Of a stretch of DNA of 17,092 nucleotides, positions 13,341 through 17,092 are shown one piece after another (position 1 is the first letter of the stretch; every line of letters starts with the position of its first letter). Below the pieces are notes generated by a model, which worked only from the letters and a program-made list of their open reading frames with translations, was not told the origin of the DNA and did no database searches. This stretch comes from Candidatus Micrarchaeaceae archaeon (GTDB lineage Archaea; Micrarchaeota; Micrarchaeia; Micrarchaeales; CABMGC01). The stretch covers positions 1 to 17,092 of the forward strand of contig JAVZVY010000017.1 in NCBI GenBank assembly GCA_038878295.1, read 5' to 3'. The translations under genes were made by a program, and so were the position numbers.

Positions 13341-15086
13341 ATGGAAGATATAAAGGTAAGAATCGCTGGCGATAATGGCGACGGCATAGAGTCTGCCGGC
13401 ACGCTGTTGGCGCGCATCTTCATGGAACAGGGCTTGTACATATTCGGCTACAGGAGCTTTCAATCAGTTGTCAGAGGCGGCAGCGTATGGTATCAGGTGC
13501 GCGCAAGCAAATCAAAATTATACTCAGTAAGCGATGCGGCAGACATACTCGTTGCGCTTAACATCGGCGCGCTTGGCAACAACATCAACTCTGTTTCCAA
13601 AGGAGGCATAGTAATATATGATTCAGAGATAAAGAATCCCGAGCAGGTCCTTTCACTGCGCACTGACATATCCTCAATAAGCATGCCTCTTACAGACATG
13701 GCTCTCAAAGCAGGAGGCAGCTTCATATACAAAAATACCGTTGCAATCGGCTTCATATGCAAGATGCTGAACATAAGCGAGGATTCGATAGCTGCAGGAA
13801 TCAGCGGCGAATTCAAAGGCAAAGACGCAGCGATAAAGAGCAACATAGCTGCAGCCCATTCCGGCTATATTTTCGATGGCGGCAAAGGCATCAGCCTCGG
13901 CTTTGATCCAAATGGCTCTGCTTCTGATAATTATTTGCTTAACGGCAACACAGCTCTCGCGATTGGCGCATATGCAGCAGGATGCAGGTTCTATGCGGCG
14001 TATCCGATGACGCCCGCGAGCAGCATATTGTATTGGTTTGCGGATCACGAGCCGCTTGGCGTAGTTTACAAGCAGACAGAAGACGAGATCGCAGCAATAA
14101 ACATGACAATAGGCGCCGCAAGTGCCGGCGTCAGAGCCATGTGCGGAACAAGCGGCGGAGGCTTCTCTTTGATGGTTGAGGCACTTGGTATGGCAGGCAT
14201 GCTCGAGGTGCCAATAGTTGTGGTTGATGCGCAGCGCTCAGGCCCTAGCACAGGCCTTCCAACAAAGACCGAACAGGGCGACCTGCTCTTCGTCACCCAT
14301 GCTTCGCAGGGCGACTTCCCGAGGATTGTGCTCGCGCCAACAAGCGTCGAGGAATGCTTTTATCTGGGCGCAGAAGCTTTCAACCTTGCAGAACGCTACC
14401 AGTGCCCTGTAATAGTGCTTCTTGATCTGTACATTTCTGAGCACATAGAGAGCGCGAATGTCGACCCATCAAAAATAAAAATTTATAAGGAAGAAAGGGC
14501 AGACGCTTCGAAGATATCTGGAAAATTCAAGCGCTACGAGATAACCGAGACGGGCGTTTCAAAGAGATCAGTGCCGGGCGAAAAGGGCCTAGAGTTTGTT
14601 GCGTCAAGCGATGAGCACAACGAATACGGCGAACTCATAAGCGATGTATTTGCAGGGATAAGCGAATACGTGGCGCTCAGGAAGAAAATGCACGAGAAGC
14701 GTATGAGGAAGCTCGATACAATGCTAAAGGATGGCTCTATCTTGGCGCCCCAGGTGATAAATCCTGGCGCTGAGATATTCATTGTAACCTTCGGCTCATC
14801 AACAGGCGCTTCCATAGAAGCGGCAAACCAGCTCAAATCAAAAGGTGTAAATGCAGGCGTTATAGCTTTTTCGTACCTGTATCCGATGGAGTCTGAAAAG
14901 ATAAAGGCTCTTCTAAGCGGCAAGAAGCTTGTCGACGTTGAGTGCAACTATTCCGCGCAGCTTGCCAAGCTTATAGAAATGCACACAGGCATAGAGATAA
15001 AACACAAATTCTTAAAATACGACGGCGAGCCGATTTCGAGCAGGGAAATAGTCGATGCTGTTTACAACGCTTCAAAGATGGTGTGA
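13341..15086 (+). CDS. korA: 2-oxoacid:ferredoxin oxidoreductase subunit alpha (fused gamma-alpha type), ~581 aa
   Basis: N-terminal IAGDNGDGIESAG and VRGG, GNTALAIGA..AGCRFYAAYPMTPAS, QTEDEIAA, TSGGGFSLM.E, QRSGPSTGLPTKTEQGDL, AFNLAERYQCPV and VECNYSAQLA. Start at 13341 or 13335. Substrate (2-oxoglutarate/pyruvate) not determined. Confidence 0.93.
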   Translation: MEDIKVRIAGDNGDGIESAGTLLARIFMEQGLYIFGYRSFQSVVRGGSVWYQVRASKSKLYSVSDAADILVALNIGALGNNINSVSKGGIVIYDSEIKNPEQVLSLRTDISSISMPLTDMALKAGGSFIYKNTVAIGFICKMLNISEDSIAAGISGEFKGKDAAIKSNIAAAHSGYIFDGGKGISLGFDPNGSASDNYLLNGNTALAIGAYAAGCRFYAAYPMTPASSILYWFADHEPLGVVYKQTEDEIAAINMTIGAASAGVRAMCGTSGGGFSLMVEALGMAGMLEVPIVVVDAQRSGPSTGLPTKTEQGDLLFVTHASQGDFPRIVLAPTSVEECFYLGAEAFNLAERYQCPVIVLLDLYISEHIESANVDPSKIKIYKEERADASKISGKFKRYEITETGVSKRSVPGEKGLEFVASSDEHNEYGELISDVFAGISEYVALRKKMHEKRMRKLDTMLKDGSILAPQVINPGAEIFIVTFGSSTGASIEAANQLKSKGVNAGVIAFSYLYPMESEKIKALLSGKKLVDVECNYSAQLAKLIEMHTGIEIKHKFLKYDGEPISSREIVDAVYNASKMV

Positions 15087-16015
15087 TGGTCGAGACTTTC
15101 TCCATGGCTGAATATGAGTCAACCGTAAAACCGATATTCTGCCCCGGCTGCGGCGACTTCGGAGTGCATGCAGCCCTGCTAAAGGCTATGCACGACCTGC
15201 AGCTCGATCCCAGCAGCACCGTAGTGGTGAGCGGCATAGGCTGCAGCTCAAGCATACCTCACACGCTCAAGACATACGGCATTCATGGGATACACGGCAG
15301 GCTTCTCCCTGTTGCTGAGGGCCTCAAGCTCGCTAACAAAGAGCTTACGGTCATAGGCGCAGGCGGCGACGGCGACGGCTACGGCATAGGCATTTCTCAT
15401 CTGATACATGCAGCAAGGCGCAACATAGATATAACCTATATAGTGATGAACAACCAGATCTACGGTCTCACGACAGGGCAGGCATCCCCGACAAGCCTCA
15501 TCGGCCACAAGACAAAGTCGACGCCTTTCGGAGTCATAGAAGAGCCGATAAACCCGATTGCCATGTCTATAATAGCAGGCGCAACATATGTTGCAAGAGG
15601 CTTCTCGGGCGATCCAACGCACCTTGCTGCACTTATAGAGGGCGGCATAAGGCACAAAGGCTTTGCAATAATAGACGTGCTGAGCCCGTGCGTGACCTTC
15701 AATCACTTAAACACATATGACTGGTTCAGGCAGCGCGTCTACAAGATAGACAGCAACCATGACCCGGCAGACAAGGGTAAGGCACTGGCCCTGGCGCTGG
15801 AGTTTGACAATCAGCATACTGAAAAGATTCCAATAGGCTTGTTCTATGAGGAAAGCAGGCCATTGTACAGCGAGCTTGACGAAGCTTTGAAAACCGACAA
15901 CATCTCGAAAATGGCCGCGCCGAGCGCCAGCGATGTCGAGGCTGTGCTCGCCGAGAACAGAATATCGCACCATGTCTATGAGGAGGGCGAGCACCAAATC
16001 TACAAGCCCGCATGA
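15086..16015 (+). CDS. korB: 2-oxoacid:ferredoxin oxidoreductase subunit beta (TPP-binding), 309 aa
   Basis: FCPGCGDFG, VSGIGCS, HGIHGR, GGDGDGYGIG...MNNQIYGLTTGQASPTS and LSPCVTFN. TGATG overlap with the korA stop. Confidence 0.94.
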   Translation: MVETFSMAEYESTVKPIFCPGCGDFGVHAALLKAMHDLQLDPSSTVVVSGIGCSSSIPHTLKTYGIHGIHGRLLPVAEGLKLANKELTVIGAGGDGDGYGIGISHLIHAARRNIDITYIVMNNQIYGLTTGQASPTSLIGHKTKSTPFGVIEEPINPIAMSIIAGATYVARGFSGDPTHLAALIEGGIRHKGFAIIDVLSPCVTFNHLNTYDWFRQRVYKIDSNHDPADKGKALALALEFDNQHTEKIPIGLFYEESRPLYSELDEALKTDNISKMAAPSASDVEAVLAENRISHHVYEEGEHQIYKPA

Positions 16016-16036
16016 CGCTTGAGACCGCGTGCGCCG

Positions 16037-17080
16037 CTAGTTTTTGGAAGTGTTTGCGTTCGCGTTTGAATTGCCTCTTGCCTGCTTCAACACGTAATTC
16101 TTGTAGCTGATGGCGCCTTTTGAAAGTTCTTCGTACCTTCTCGAGGCTTCGCTGCGCTTCAGCCTCGTTATGTGCTCGCTCTTCTTGTTTATTATGTTCA
16201 GAGGCGGTATCTTGAAAGCCTTGGAATCGTCGAATATTATGCGCTCGTGTTGCGCTGCAGCGTTCTCGCTGCTCATGAGCATGAATTCAACGCTGATACC
16301 CTTGCCTGCAAGTTCGCCGCTGAAGTCGTTGAAGTTCTTATCGAACTGGCTGTCGAGCATCTCATTGGAGCCCAATATACCTATGGACTTTATGCTGCGG
16401 TTGTCTTGCAGAAGCCTATATAGGTTGGCTATCGCGGCAGAGTTGAAGTGTTTGTCTATTATCCTCACATCGCCGCTGAGTCCTGAGAAGAGTTCGTCCC
16501 GCATCTTCATCAGATTGGAGTATGGAGTCGACGGATTTATGGCTATCTCCCTGCTGAAACGCCGGGCCCTATGTGCCGGCGCGTGCATCTCATACTCAAT
16601 GTAAAGATCTATGCCAAGCATGAGAAATCCTCCGACATAGATGAGCTTGAATATGTAGCTGTTAACACTGTTTATGCCGCTCAGCGAGAGGTTGTTGAAA
16701 AGCACGAAGAACAGGAGCAGATATATTATTGTCATTGACGTGTGCAGGAGGGAATATCTTCTAATTCCTGCGCGGATGCCGCTTCTTAGGAATTCAGCGA
16801 CCGAAGCTACAACAAGCCCCATTGCTATGAAGAAGAGCACGTATACCTCGTATATTGCTGCATATATCGCATGTATGCTGCCTACAATCTGGGAAAAAGC
16901 GGGTATGACGCTCTCGTTGTGGTAGTTGCTCTGATAGAGTGCGCCGGCTGCTATGCCGTACGCCATTGATGATATTTCGGCAACGTACATGGTTGCCGTA
17001 GCAAGTAGTATGGAAATTACACCAAGCGAAGCTATAAGCTGGCGGTATGTCGGTATGCCTTCTGACTTAGCCTCCTCCAT
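16037..17080 (-). CDS. Membrane protein (~4 TM) with a C-terminal PLD-like (MIT_C-like) alpha/beta domain, 347 aa
   Basis: Four hydrophobic segments in aa ~15-160 and a basic linker HRARRFSR. The remainder has DVRIIDKHF...IKSIGILG...ISVEFM...QHERIIFDD, matching the hhDPYh...HDRhhhhD pattern of variant PLD-fold domains. Confidence 0.72.
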   Translation of the reverse strand: MEEAKSEGIPTYRQLIASLGVISILLATATMYVAEISSMAYGIAAGALYQSNYHNESVIPAFSQIVGSIHAIYAAIYEVYVLFFIAMGLVVASVAEFLRSGIRAGIRRYSLLHTSMTIIYLLLFFVLFNNLSLSGINSVNSYIFKLIYVGGFLMLGIDLYIEYEMHAPAHRARRFSREIAINPSTPYSNLMKMRDELFSGLSGDVRIIDKHFNSAAIANLYRLLQDNRSIKSIGILGSNEMLDSQFDKNFNDFSGELAGKGISVEFMLMSSENAAAQHERIIFDDSKAFKIPPLNIINKKSEHITRLKRSEASRRYEELSKGAISYKNYVLKQARGNSNANANTSKN

Positions 17081-17092
17081 AATAGTATATGA

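Noticed and set aside
14942..15085. N-terminal extension of KorB (and 13299-13334 for KorA, 11153-11173 for L10e)
   Set aside because: These overlap the upstream gene or promoter. Downstream ATGs match the family N-termini and coupling or promoter spacing.
16016..16075. Terminator hairpin or repeat between korB and the convergent gene
   Set aside because: Only a short T5 run and weak GC pairing. The GCGTT repeats simply encode the low-complexity tail NSNANANT.
377..16925. Numerous 60-205 aa antisense or alternate-frame ORFs (e.g. 447-872, 2501-3118, 7726-8175, 15248-15706, 16110-16604)
   Set aside because: They are wholly or almost wholly nested in well-supported genes, have shadow-ORF composition, and lack motifs or initiation signals.
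1..17092. tRNA, rRNA or structured ncRNA genes
   Set aside because: Intergenic gaps are short, AT-rich and largely occupied by promoters. No cloverleaf or T-loop signature was seen by eye; small guide RNAs cannot be excluded without a covariance search.

Overview
Gene-dense archaeal chromosomal segment. TATA/BRE promoters, GGTGA-type Shine-Dalgarno (SD) sites, rpl10e, dph2 and nreA indicate an archaeon; a DPANN/Micrarchaeota-like origin is my impression only and is untested. Left to right: a degraded CYTH-family pseudogene; a Pho84/PHT1-type MFS phosphate transporter fused to a DUF47/PhoU-like domain; an NreA DNA-repair gene with a PIP box but no N-terminal Cys cluster; a tightly coupled 9-gene minus-strand operon (11027->3730); rpl10e-dph2; an orphan ORF; 2-oxoacid:ferredoxin oxidoreductase alpha/beta; and a membrane protein with a PLD-like C-terminal domain. 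The 9-gene operon is the highlight. It encodes a VirB2/TrbC-like pilin, a CedA/VirB6-like polytopic membrane protein, an apparently split VirB4-like ATPase, a coiled-coil/winged-helix protein, three small or membrane-anchored proteins, and a second HerA/VirB4-like ATPase with a beta-sandwich tail. It sits between housekeeping genes, and no relaxase, integrase or att site is visible in the window. It is best read as a candidate domesticated T4SS/Ced-like macromolecule transfer system with an expanded architecture. All calls come from motifs read by eye; no database searches were run.
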